In this document: one piece after another, positions 45,971-55,646 of the stretch
Position numbering within the stretch: the stretch's first letter is position 1
Layout: each line of letters starts with the position of its first letter
Notes under the pieces: model-generated
Databases searched by the model: none
What the model saw: the letters and a program-made list of their open reading frames with translations, nothing else
Told to the model about the DNA's origin: nothing
Source: Candidatus Thorarchaeota archaeon
Lineage (GTDB): Archaea; Asgardarchaeota; Thorarchaeia; Thorarchaeales; Thorarchaeaceae
Reading direction: 5' to 3'
DNA: 64,000 nucleotides
Assembly: GCA_019057475.1 (NCBI GenBank)
Contig: DXJO01000008.1
Span: forward strand, 1 to 64,000
Program-made: the position numbers and the translations under genes

Positions 45971-47560
45971 ATGAGCAATAGCCAGGCATACATTACACTG
46001 ATGGGGCGCAGCGGATGGGCTGTCGTCAACTCGTTCCATGCGTCTGTGATTGAAACTGATTATCGGCCAGAGGAAGTCATCCTTCTCTACGAGGCTCAGT
46101 ACACCGACGGGATCAAGCCAGTTGTGGAGGGCTTAGAAATAGTACAGGGGACATACTCCACTCCAAACGTCGTACAAGTTGAGGTTCCCACCTCGGATGC
46201 GCATGCCGCTGGCCAAGTGGCACTGGATCTTGTGCGACAGCTGAAGACGAAAGGCTCCAAAGTTGCGCTAGATATCACAGGCGGACGAAAGGCGCTTGTG
46301 GCTGGCAGTCTACTCGCTCTGAAAGACCAAGGTCTTGACCATGTCTACTATCTTGCAATCGAAACAGTTGAGGGAGTAGCTAAGCCCTATCTGATGATTC
46401 CAAAAAGAATCCAGAAACTCATTGACCTAGTCACAAATGAAGTCCAGAGCGCTACTGTTGAATTCGAGTCCGAGAGCAAGCTCACCGATGTGCTCTTGTC
46501 AAGGGATTGTGTCATGATTGTTCTCAATCAGGCCTACAGGCGCGGCGAGCCGATCAGAGTGAAGGCACCATTGATTGGTGTCGACCTTCTCGAACTGAAC
46601 CTTCGGGATGGTAAAGTCACGATGCTGACAGACTCGATGGACTACGGTGAGAAGCGCGACACTAGTGGCTATCGCGGATGGGATCATCCGACCTACTCGG
46701 ACCTCCGAAGATGCCTGTGCTTCTGTGGTCTCGTAGACTATCAGAACAGAGATAGATTTGACAATCTATTGACGAAGAAACTCTGCAAGTCCCGCGACCT
46801 CACTAGTGGAGCACGAAAATCCGTTCTCTCGCTTGACTCAAATATGTACTACAATGGATTTCCCTCCTACTTGGAGAAACTGGAAATACAGTTTGGTATA
46901 CCACCGAAAGATGTAGTCTGCATTACTCCCTTCCCAGTTGTGAAGGAGATTCAGAATAAAATCAAATGGAAATACAAGTTGCAAGAAATCCGTGACGCGC
47001 AGAACCACTATGATTCTTACCAGCTGGGCTCCATAATTGATGAGTTCATTGGTCAGAATACTCTCGAAACAAGGGTTGCCAAGATGGCCAAGTCCGAACT
47101 GACCAAATTCATGAGAAGGCCAACACACGAGAAGACGCGCCGAGTAGATCTCCCCAAGGACAAGGAAGATGTTGACCATCTGATCGTCGATGAACTGGAG
47201 AAATTTGCTGATGAACGTGGTGTGAGCGTGAATCTTGTATCCGCGGACAAGAACATGCACGATTTCTGTGAGTTGGCCCGAGATGTAGGCGTGCAGATTC
47301 TTGTGCTTCCTAGTAAGATACCCCGGACCATGGAGGTGACAGACAGAACTTTCGTTAACCTTCTAGTTGGCCTGTCATTGCTGTACGGGGTTGTGGAGCT
47401 TGAGAAGATCGGGTACCTGTTCGGTGAGTACAGAGGGAAAAGGTCCGAGGTGTACACAGATGAGGTTAAGCTTCGTTTCAGAAATTCACACCGTGCGAGG
47501 ATAGTTGAGGAACGGACTGAAACATGCATGAAACTTAAGCAGCTTGACATAATCAGGTAG
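45971..47560 (+). CDS. CARF domain - PIN nuclease fusion
   Basis: YITLMGRS...ALDITGGRKAL (CARF); LSLDSN...VVKEI...DHLIVDEL...LVSADKNM (PIN). Confidence 0.8.
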   Translation: MSNSQAYITLMGRSGWAVVNSFHASVIETDYRPEEVILLYEAQYTDGIKPVVEGLEIVQGTYSTPNVVQVEVPTSDAHAAGQVALDLVRQLKTKGSKVALDITGGRKALVAGSLLALKDQGLDHVYYLAIETVEGVAKPYLMIPKRIQKLIDLVTNEVQSATVEFESESKLTDVLLSRDCVMIVLNQAYRRGEPIRVKAPLIGVDLLELNLRDGKVTMLTDSMDYGEKRDTSGYRGWDHPTYSDLRRCLCFCGLVDYQNRDRFDNLLTKKLCKSRDLTSGARKSVLSLDSNMYYNGFPSYLEKLEIQFGIPPKDVVCITPFPVVKEIQNKIKWKYKLQEIRDAQNHYDSYQLGSIIDEFIGQNTLETRVAKMAKSELTKFMRRPTHEKTRRVDLPKDKEDVDHLIVDELEKFADERGVSVNLVSADKNMHDFCELARDVGVQILVLPSKIPRTMEVTDRTFVNLLVGLSLLYGVVELEKIGYLFGEYRGKRSEVYTDEVKLRFRNSHRARIVEERTETCMKLKQLDIIR

Positions 47561-47786
47561 AGCCTAAGGACCCACTCCGGACCAGTGAACGCAGAACGCC
47601 AGTAAGGGGTTCAAGTTGATTCAACGGACGAGAAGTCAGTCGGGGATGCAAGATGAGTAACTACCCGGACTACGACGAGAGGCTGAGAAGGCCATAGAAA
47701 CTGGTTTCAGACTTGCAGGATGAGATTAGCAATCTATCTCAGAAGTAAGACATATTAGACTTTTTTGTATGTGCGGCATAAATGAC

Positions 47787-50700
47787 TTATTGAGATGCCT
47801 GTTTCTTAGCCCGAAATTGGGCGAAGAGGAAGCCAATAGCAATTCCACCAACGATACCAATTCCAAGTAGACTCACTATTACAATTAATGAGTCAGAAGT
47901 TATCGGTTCGTAATGAGATGGTGGACTTGGATACACAATCACATTGGAGTCAGACATTCCTGGCCAGATGAACCTATCAAATTCCAAATAGAATTGTAAA
48001 GATGTGTTCCATGGAATGACGAAACAAAATGTTGCATTGTCAATGGTGGAATATGGCTGTACAAATATCCAAGTACTACTATTTTCAGCTCTCCAAACCA
48101 GAACCATTTCGCTTTCCAACACTGGTTCTATCGAAACAATAACTTCCAATGTGTTGTTCCATTCATGTGGGATCAGAATGAGTTTAGGTGAGCTAAATAC
48201 TACGACTTCGATATCAGACCTAGTCGCTGGGCAATTTGATGCATCAGTTTCAAGAGTAAGAACATACTTACCTGAATTCCAAAATGTGATGTTCCACGTC
48301 TTAGTCTTCATCGATTCAGGACTAATGTCTCCCCATTCTACGATTGGATCTGGGGAAATCTCAACTCCTTGCGGAACTAGAAGTGTGGATACCACATCTT
48401 CGGCATATGCTGATCCTCGTGAATCAAGATTGAGCTGCAAGTTTGTGGACTCACCTACCATGAAAGTGGTGTGAGCGATTGACAACGAAGATTCCACCAC
48501 AACATCCACTATCCGAATCTCTAGGTCTACTACGACCATATAGTCATCACCTGAAAAGACCGTCAGATGATACCAACCCACTTCACCCGGCACAGGGTCA
48601 GTTAGATGTACTTCCAGCCCCACATGTGTCACTTCTCCAGGGACAATTAGATTACTCAGATTGAGCACCCATCCAGGATTGCCCCACACATACCCCCACA
48701 CAAGATGATCTACGGAAACTGTTTCAATAGGATGTTGCCCATAACAGTTGATATACAAATCAATCGTGACCGGGTTTCCGGGCAATACATGAACGACTGA
48801 TTCCTTCACACTAGCAGATAGTCTTCCTGGATTAACACCTATTTTCAGTGTCGCGTTGTAAATTGGACAGTTTGTACCTGTCGCATGGATTGCAATCTCA
48901 AAATTTCCTGACTGTAACGCTTGGACCAACCATGCATAGTTCTTTGGTTGGTTAGGAGCCAAATTTCCTAGATTGGACAACTGGTATGGATTGCTATCCA
49001 CGATTTCTATATTATTCGGCAATGAAATGCTCACATTCAAGTTGGCAATCTCTGTACCTCCCAGTTCACAGAAGAACTGCACTCCAACTGGAAAAGTTTC
49101 GCCAACAGCAATTGTGTAATCAATCTGCTGAGGGACTACTCTGATTCTTGGCATTGGTTCTTCAGGGCCCAACATTAGATATGCGATTGAGTCAGCGAAG
49201 AACTCGTCAGCTGTATGAAAGAATCCATCAATGTTAGAAGTCGTGTCGAGATATATAGCTGAAGTTGTATCAAGGTACCTGACACGATAAGTATTCAATC
49301 GGGATGGAACTGCTCCACCCCAATAGTTCTCAGAGATAGGCACACTAATTATTCGCTGTTCAGCCTCGTTGATTATGCCGCATATCACTTCATCGAATGA
49401 ATTTTTCCCAATACCAATAATCATCTCCCTTGTGTCATCACTCGATATCCCCTCTTGTAACCCTCTGCTATGAGCAAAGGCAGCAACCAGCTTATCTAGA
49501 AAGAGTTCTTCTGTGCTACTCAAACCACAATAGAACACCTGTCCCGCCATGGGGTTGGATTGGTTTTGGTAAATGAACATCGAATATTGACCATCAGTAT
49601 CTTCTTCCGGGAAAGATGTGTCTAGCAATGTGAAATCCTCTGTCAACGTGAAATTCACAGCAGTACGCAAGACACCTTCTTCTGATTCAACATGAAGGTC
49701 AAACGCGTTGGGTCTATCCAGATAGAGTCTTTCTCCATCGTGATACGCTTGATAGGTGACATCAAAGGTCTCATACTCCAAGAGGTTCTTACGTAGGTGT
49801 CCAGTTTCATTTTCCAATGAGCCACTTGTTGACCCGAGAAGTACTAGGTTTCCGCCACTTGCGACATACTCGTTTAACTCAGCTACTAAGTTCTCCCAAA
49901 GAAGGACTTGGTGGTCTACAACCACGAGGTCGTAGTCACTAAGATTAACACTCCCTGATATCACGAGGCGTTGGTTGGTGATGTCCCATGAAGTAAGTCC
50001 AGCACCCTTAGTTGTAGCAAATCCTCGTTCTGCACCTATCACTAGTATCGGGGGACTGCAATCAATAGGTCTAAGATTCTTTCCTTCCTCATACAATTGG
50101 GAGATAAAATCGTAGTACTGTGCCTCAAGATTCTGATCAGTTGACCCGCTTTGTGCAATGTTTTCCCATCCCTGATTAAAGAATGAAATCATATCTGCTC
50201 CGGCGAAGTATGATAACCAAAAGCTCTTTTCTAGGTCATCAGGCGAGGTATATCCTCCTAAAAGATATGGATAGCCAAAAAGCCCAGCCTCAACAGGGGT
50301 TTCAGGTGCATAAGTTTTGTAGAATCGAATGGTTGAGTATGCGTGCATCGGAACAGAAGAGAAAGATTGCGCATAGATCCTATCACTCTTCCATAGTCCT
50401 GGCTCATTTCCCACCCATGGTATGGTACTCCAAAGGACCTCTCTCGATGGATTAATGCCCTTCACATAGTCGTAAATCGTGTTCATCGCACTGGCAGTGC
50501 GGTTACAAATCCACTCATGGAACCAGAAGAGTTCTGTACGATTCATCTCAAAGATGCTCTTGAACCAGAAGCCAGTCTCAGAATGGTAAGTAGAATTATA
50601 CTTGGTTAAGTGCAAAGGCCATGTATTACTTCCGAAGGAGAACCAATCATAAGCTCCACTGGCTGGTTCTTCATCACCCAATATCACACTGTCCATATGC

Positions 50701-51194
50701 TCAGACCATGAGTGATTCTCTATGTCATTGCCTAATATTGCAAGCTGTTCTGCTCTAAAGCTTGTATTATAGTAACTGTCCAGAGGGGAGTTGCCGTAGC
50801 GCCAGGGCCAGAATACGCCTCCCAAACTTACTCCTCGATCATGAAGCCAACGGAATTGGAAAATGGAGTTATGAGCTCCATACGAAGTATACTCAGCTGC
50901 AGACGGTCCCCAGATTACAAGGTCTGATACGTAGTTGGGTAGCTCTTCCCAGCGATGTCTAAGCTGACTTGCCCAGCAAGCAAAAGATGTTCTAAGGAAT
51001 TGGTCAGGATTATTGCCGTCTGCCAGTGAATCCAGAGCTCTCATTTTAGGGAATTGCTCTGTACCCATTCTCAAGTCTACAGATTCAGCCAAATCAGTCC
51101 GGACATTCTGCTCTGGGCTACAGGAGGGCTTAGTGGTGAGGAAGAGTATGATTGCAAGTGTTATGACCAGAATAACTCTGAACTGACGCTGCAT
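47787..51194 (-). CDS. Large membrane-anchored putative glycoside hydrolase (GH42-like barrel, trimerisation-like domain, Ig-like domains)
   Basis: LGDEEP, WLSYFAGAD, LNEYVASGGNLVL; signal peptide; C-terminal TM. Confidence 0.6.
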   Translation of the reverse strand: MQRQFRVILVITLAIILFLTTKPSCSPEQNVRTDLAESVDLRMGTEQFPKMRALDSLADGNNPDQFLRTSFACWASQLRHRWEELPNYVSDLVIWGPSAAEYTSYGAHNSIFQFRWLHDRGVSLGGVFWPWRYGNSPLDSYYNTSFRAEQLAILGNDIENHSWSEHMDSVILGDEEPASGAYDWFSFGSNTWPLHLTKYNSTYHSETGFWFKSIFEMNRTELFWFHEWICNRTASAMNTIYDYVKGINPSREVLWSTIPWVGNEPGLWKSDRIYAQSFSSVPMHAYSTIRFYKTYAPETPVEAGLFGYPYLLGGYTSPDDLEKSFWLSYFAGADMISFFNQGWENIAQSGSTDQNLEAQYYDFISQLYEEGKNLRPIDCSPPILVIGAERGFATTKGAGLTSWDITNQRLVISGSVNLSDYDLVVVDHQVLLWENLVAELNEYVASGGNLVLLGSTSGSLENETGHLRKNLLEYETFDVTYQAYHDGERLYLDRPNAFDLHVESEEGVLRTAVNFTLTEDFTLLDTSFPEEDTDGQYSMFIYQNQSNPMAGQVFYCGLSSTEELFLDKLVAAFAHSRGLQEGISSDDTREMIIGIGKNSFDEVICGIINEAEQRIISVPISENYWGGAVPSRLNTYRVRYLDTTSAIYLDTTSNIDGFFHTADEFFADSIAYLMLGPEEPMPRIRVVPQQIDYTIAVGETFPVGVQFFCELGGTEIANLNVSISLPNNIEIVDSNPYQLSNLGNLAPNQPKNYAWLVQALQSGNFEIAIHATGTNCPIYNATLKIGVNPGRLSASVKESVVHVLPGNPVTIDLYINCYGQHPIETVSVDHLVWGYVWGNPGWVLNLSNLIVPGEVTHVGLEVHLTDPVPGEVGWYHLTVFSGDDYMVVVDLEIRIVDVVVESSLSIAHTTFMVGESTNLQLNLDSRGSAYAEDVVSTLLVPQGVEISPDPIVEWGDISPESMKTKTWNITFWNSGKYVLTLETDASNCPATRSDIEVVVFSSPKLILIPHEWNNTLEVIVSIEPVLESEMVLVWRAENSSTWIFVQPYSTIDNATFCFVIPWNTSLQFYLEFDRFIWPGMSDSNVIVYPSPPSHYEPITSDSLIVIVSLLGIGIVGGIAIGFLFAQFRAKKQASQ

Positions 51195-51306
51195 GTATTA
51201 TCATACGCGTAATCTTTTGATATACTCTTGCAGAAAACAATTCCCCGCTACTGAGGTCTGCGAAGTCTTAAATTCATCAGAATGCTATACTAAAAGGGGT
51301 TCAAGG

Positions 51307-53586
51307 TTGCGGAGATTTGCTCTTGCTCTATTCTTGGTTGTTGTCATAGCTTCTATGCCGGTTGCAGTAGTGCAGGCTATTCCCACATGGCAAGGTGGCG
51401 AGCCGGGTGTTCGGTGGTATATCTTAATGGGATATGACCCCACTCATTTTGCAACCAGCACTATTTTGCGGCAAGATGTGAGAGCACTCCACCAGTTCGC
51501 GGAGAGAGGTGTTAAGATTGGTGTTGGAGTGGGTATATGGGATGCATTTCCCAGTGAGAGTATACTTGACATATACTACGATGAGTCATGTCTGAGAAGA
51601 CTAGAGCGTCTTATAGATACAGTCTTCGAAGTGGATCCTGGACAGGGACCTGGAGTGAACCCAGAGAGAGTGTGGAGTATGACTCTCGGTGGGGAAGAAC
51701 CATACTGGCCAGCAGGTTACCCTGGTGAGAATCCGATATTCTTCCGTTTCAACGAAACATACCATACTGAGGTGGGATTCTGGTTCAAGCCTTTCGACGA
51801 CATGAATGCTACAGAGAGAATGGTTTTAGTGGAATGGACGAACGAGAAAGGAAATTGGGTTTTCAATCATATGTACGACTATGTCAAGGCAAAGTGGCCT
51901 CACATAGTGGTGTTCCAGTCCTTTTTCCCACCACACCCGATGAACTTTGGTGCAGTTATATTTGAGTTGAAAGCGGATGCTCTATCAATAGATGCCTACC
52001 TAGCTGGAGAGCGTGACAATCCTTGGTTAATCTACAATCCCCATCGGTGGTATACTACATTTGCCCCGGACAAAGAGTTTCACATGGTGCTTTGGGGGCA
52101 AGAAGCAGATGCGCCTCCATGGCTCTTCGAGGGAGAGCTTGGAGGATTTGAGCACATCAGGCGCAATGCTTGGGTTTCCTATCTTGCTGGAGCAAATGCA
52201 CTTGCATGGTTCGATTGGCACCCCTTATACGGGAATGGTTGGCTGAGGACTGATACAATGGGCAAAAGACTGTTCCTGTATGTGAACAGAATTGCTAATG
52301 AGTTACACAAACTGCCACTCTTCAGGGCAAGACCGAAAGTCCTCGTAATTGGTACAGATAATGAGTTCACTGGTCCAGAGGTTGGATGGCCCACTGAGCT
52401 TGGACTATTCACCGAGTATGATATAATGGATCATAGATACTTTGCAAAAGAGGAAGTCGACCTATCACAATATGAACTAGTGATTCATGGTGCCATAACA
52501 CGACGCGAAGAGTTCGTCGAAAAACTCAATGACTATGTGAGTGCTGGTGGTAATGTCGTTTTTTTGGGTGGCATTGGAAGTCGGCTGAATATCTATGAGA
52601 ATGCTACACGTGAAACACTAATTTCCATTGAAGAAGATTCAACAGAATACTGGATTGGAGAACACGTCAATATCAGCATTTCACTCCCGAATCTACTTGG
52701 ACTAGAACTAGAGTATGATGCTCACGATTTCGAGGGAAAAAAGCTCAAGACCCTTAATCTGACTGGAGACTACCATCCGGTTGGCGAATTCCACAGAATC
52801 TTGCCTGATAACAGCACAATACCAGTTGATGGATATCCTCTATTACTATATCATAACTCGTCACAACCAAACTCGGGATGGATTCTCTATTGGGGGATGC
52901 TTAAGGCTTCAGATAATGCAAAGTTCAACTGGATGAACAAGAACGATACGGCTCTTGTGAGGTTTCTAATACATGAAGTGGTCCAATCTTATGCGGTGAA
53001 CTTCCTAAACATGAATGGGTCGGTTTCGACTCCTGATACGGAACAGATGCTAATTACCCAATCGATGGTGGAGGAAGGGACAATCTTAGCGGCTCTCTCA
53101 AACTTCATGGTTGATTCATGGGAACAATACATGCCAGTGGACAAGGATGTGAATTACACTCTGGACTTAGAGCAATTCGACTTACCTGATGGAGAATACT
53201 GGGTTCATTCAGTGGACAAGAATCAATCGCTTGGTAGCTTCACATCAGACAATGCATTACTTGAGATTCCAGTTCATGTGGCTGCGAACGACACACGCCT
53301 CCTTCTAATATCCCAAGATAGACCACAACCGAATTACACTATCAACATTTTTCCACCTGTTCCTACACCTGAAGAAGTGGAACCCGCCACGTTGCTCTCT
53401 GAAGATACAGAAATCGTCAAATCTCCTTACACACGTCCTGTGGCTGGTGAAGCGGATCTATCAGATGCCGCAGTCAATAATCCAGTAATTGATGCCTTAA
53501 GGAACCCCGGTGTCGTCGTACTTATCGCCACTTTCTTGCTAGTTCAGCAACATTACCGTAAGAAACGGTTGGGAGTGGGGCGATGA
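51307..53586 (+). CDS. Paralogue of the 47787-51194 putative glycoside hydrolase
   Basis: LGGEEP, FNETYHTEVGFWFK, WVSYLAGAN, LNDYVSAGGNVVFL; TTG start before the signal peptide. Confidence 0.6.
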   Translation: MRRFALALFLVVVIASMPVAVVQAIPTWQGGEPGVRWYILMGYDPTHFATSTILRQDVRALHQFAERGVKIGVGVGIWDAFPSESILDIYYDESCLRRLERLIDTVFEVDPGQGPGVNPERVWSMTLGGEEPYWPAGYPGENPIFFRFNETYHTEVGFWFKPFDDMNATERMVLVEWTNEKGNWVFNHMYDYVKAKWPHIVVFQSFFPPHPMNFGAVIFELKADALSIDAYLAGERDNPWLIYNPHRWYTTFAPDKEFHMVLWGQEADAPPWLFEGELGGFEHIRRNAWVSYLAGANALAWFDWHPLYGNGWLRTDTMGKRLFLYVNRIANELHKLPLFRARPKVLVIGTDNEFTGPEVGWPTELGLFTEYDIMDHRYFAKEEVDLSQYELVIHGAITRREEFVEKLNDYVSAGGNVVFLGGIGSRLNIYENATRETLISIEEDSTEYWIGEHVNISISLPNLLGLELEYDAHDFEGKKLKTLNLTGDYHPVGEFHRILPDNSTIPVDGYPLLLYHNSSQPNSGWILYWGMLKASDNAKFNWMNKNDTALVRFLIHEVVQSYAVNFLNMNGSVSTPDTEQMLITQSMVEEGTILAALSNFMVDSWEQYMPVDKDVNYTLDLEQFDLPDGEYWVHSVDKNQSLGSFTSDNALLEIPVHVAANDTRLLLISQDRPQPNYTINIFPPVPTPEEVEPATLLSEDTEIVKSPYTRPVAGEADLSDAAVNNPVIDALRNPGVVVLIATFLLVQQHYRKKRLGVGR

Positions 53587-55484
53587 GGTTGAGGGTTTCA
53601 GGTCCGTTGATTGCAATCCTTGCGATTCTGCTATTCGGGCAAGTCGTGACGCTATTTGCTTTGTCCACCGATAGCAACGAATCTTCCTCTTCTGATTCCC
53701 AGTTGACAGCATACTCCCTACCTGATTTGAATCTACGAATCCCCTCTCTTTCAGAGGGTGATTGGAGTCCTATCTGGAACTCCACCTACGGAGGCTCAGA
53801 TTGGGAGGAAGCTTACTCAGTTGTAGAATGCGCTGGGGGCGGCTATGCAATGGCGGGCTATACATACAGCTATGCTGCCGGTGGATGTGATATGTGGCTG
53901 CTAAGAGTTGACGCGGCTGGTCGTCTTCTGTGGAATCGTACATTTGGTGGGACCAATGATGAAAGGGCTTACGATTTAGTAGAATGTAGTGACGGCGGCT
54001 TTGCACTAATAGGAATCACTGCCAGCTATGGACAAGGCGGCTGGGATGCTTGGTTATTGCGTACAGATTCAACGGGTACTAGTCTGTGGAACAAGACATT
54101 CGGTGGGGAGAACTATGATGAAGCTCGGTCCATAGTTCTGTGTGATGATGGAGGTTTTGCCATCGCTGGTACATACAGTCATGGTGTTGCTGGCTGGGAC
54201 TTCTGGTTGATACGTACGGATGTAAGTGGCAACCATATGTGGAACCGTACTTACGGTGGAATGTGGGACGATATGGGCTATTCATTGGTGGAGTGTAGTG
54301 ACGGTGGTTTTGCGGTTGCAGGAAGCACCGAGAGCTACGGTGCTGGAGAGTACGATTACTGGCTTGTAAGAACAGGTCCCAGTGGAGAACATGTTTGGAA
54401 TCAAACATATGGAGGGTTGGGTTATGAGGAATGCTGGTCAGTGCTGGAAAGCAAAGGTGGTGGCTTCGTCTTGACAGGAGATACAACAAGCTTTGCTACC
54501 CTTGACCCCTGTCCTTGGGTGGTTCGTACTGATGCAAGTGGGAATCACTTTTGGAATTACACTTATACATCTGGCCGACGGAGCCTCTCTCTAACCGAAA
54601 CTGGAAACGGGCACATTATCTTCACAACTACACGCGCTGGTGTAACGTTGGTTCGCCTTGACTTGGAAGGTCACCTTGTGTGGGATCATGATTCTTTCGA
54701 ATATACTTGGCCTCAGTCGTTGATTGAGTGTTCTAACGGAGGATTCGTAGTCGCAGGGCACAACGTCATTCACTTAGGTGGACCAAAGAACTACGAGTAC
54801 AACTTGTCGCTAGTACGGCTCTCTGACCCACCTTTTTGGGCTGAAAAACCCTGCAACCAAACAGTTGAGCTCGGCGATGTTTTTGAATATGAATTGAATG
54901 TTTCCGCAACTCATGGGGTCGATGCATGGTGGTTGGAGGAAGGAGAATCCCGCTTCTCCATTGATAACGAAGGCATAATAACCAATTATACTCAGCTTGG
55001 GATTGCAGGCTTCACAATCATAGCAGTTGTTAATGACACCCTAGGAAATGTGCTTAAGGGGAAATTTGACGTTCTAGTACAGGACACTACTCCACCTCTT
55101 TGGATAGAAACTCCAACAGACCAGACCATGGAACAGGGTCAGAGATTCTATTATGACCTAAATGCAACAGATCTAGCAGACCTGGATTCTTGGTGGGTGA
55201 ACGATTCCGCTCACTTCATTGTAGATCACTTAGGAGTCATTAGAGATAACGATGTACTAGATGTAGGAATTTATGGTCTTGAAGTATCTGTGAATGACAC
55301 TAGTGGTAATACGTTGTCAGCGAGTTTTGCCCTTGAAGTGCTTGAGATTACTACCCCCACGCCTACGACAACCACCATAACAATAGAGGATGAAGGCTTT
55401 TTGCTAGTAATCGCTGTCGTGTTAATCTCTTTCATTGCGATTGTCATTATATCGTCTTTCCTTCGTAAGAAACGGATTTCATGA
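53583..55484 (+). CDS. Surface protein: beta-propeller (WN.TYGG repeats), cadherin-like repeats, TM
   Basis: Repeated WNRTFGG..D..Y.LVEC.DGGFA..G; stalk repeats shared with 37352-39796. Confidence 0.85.
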   Translation: MRLRVSGPLIAILAILLFGQVVTLFALSTDSNESSSSDSQLTAYSLPDLNLRIPSLSEGDWSPIWNSTYGGSDWEEAYSVVECAGGGYAMAGYTYSYAAGGCDMWLLRVDAAGRLLWNRTFGGTNDERAYDLVECSDGGFALIGITASYGQGGWDAWLLRTDSTGTSLWNKTFGGENYDEARSIVLCDDGGFAIAGTYSHGVAGWDFWLIRTDVSGNHMWNRTYGGMWDDMGYSLVECSDGGFAVAGSTESYGAGEYDYWLVRTGPSGEHVWNQTYGGLGYEECWSVLESKGGGFVLTGDTTSFATLDPCPWVVRTDASGNHFWNYTYTSGRRSLSLTETGNGHIIFTTTRAGVTLVRLDLEGHLVWDHDSFEYTWPQSLIECSNGGFVVAGHNVIHLGGPKNYEYNLSLVRLSDPPFWAEKPCNQTVELGDVFEYELNVSATHGVDAWWLEEGESRFSIDNEGIITNYTQLGIAGFTIIAVVNDTLGNVLKGKFDVLVQDTTPPLWIETPTDQTMEQGQRFYYDLNATDLADLDSWWVNDSAHFIVDHLGVIRDNDVLDVGIYGLEVSVNDTSGNTLSASFALEVLEITTPTPTTTTITIEDEGFLLVIAVVLISFIAIVIISSFLRKKRIS

Positions 55485-55646
55485 ACAACCACGCAGAGTT
55501 CTCAAGTCTGGTTTCTACTCTTTCATCTCTCCGTAGGTCCTCTCATACGTTGAGGAGTCTGAGTTGAAGAATGCCACATTGAAGACCATGTTATCAAGAA
55601 CAGACATGACTGCTGGAGACGCACTGTTCGCTGAACTGCAGGTAAA

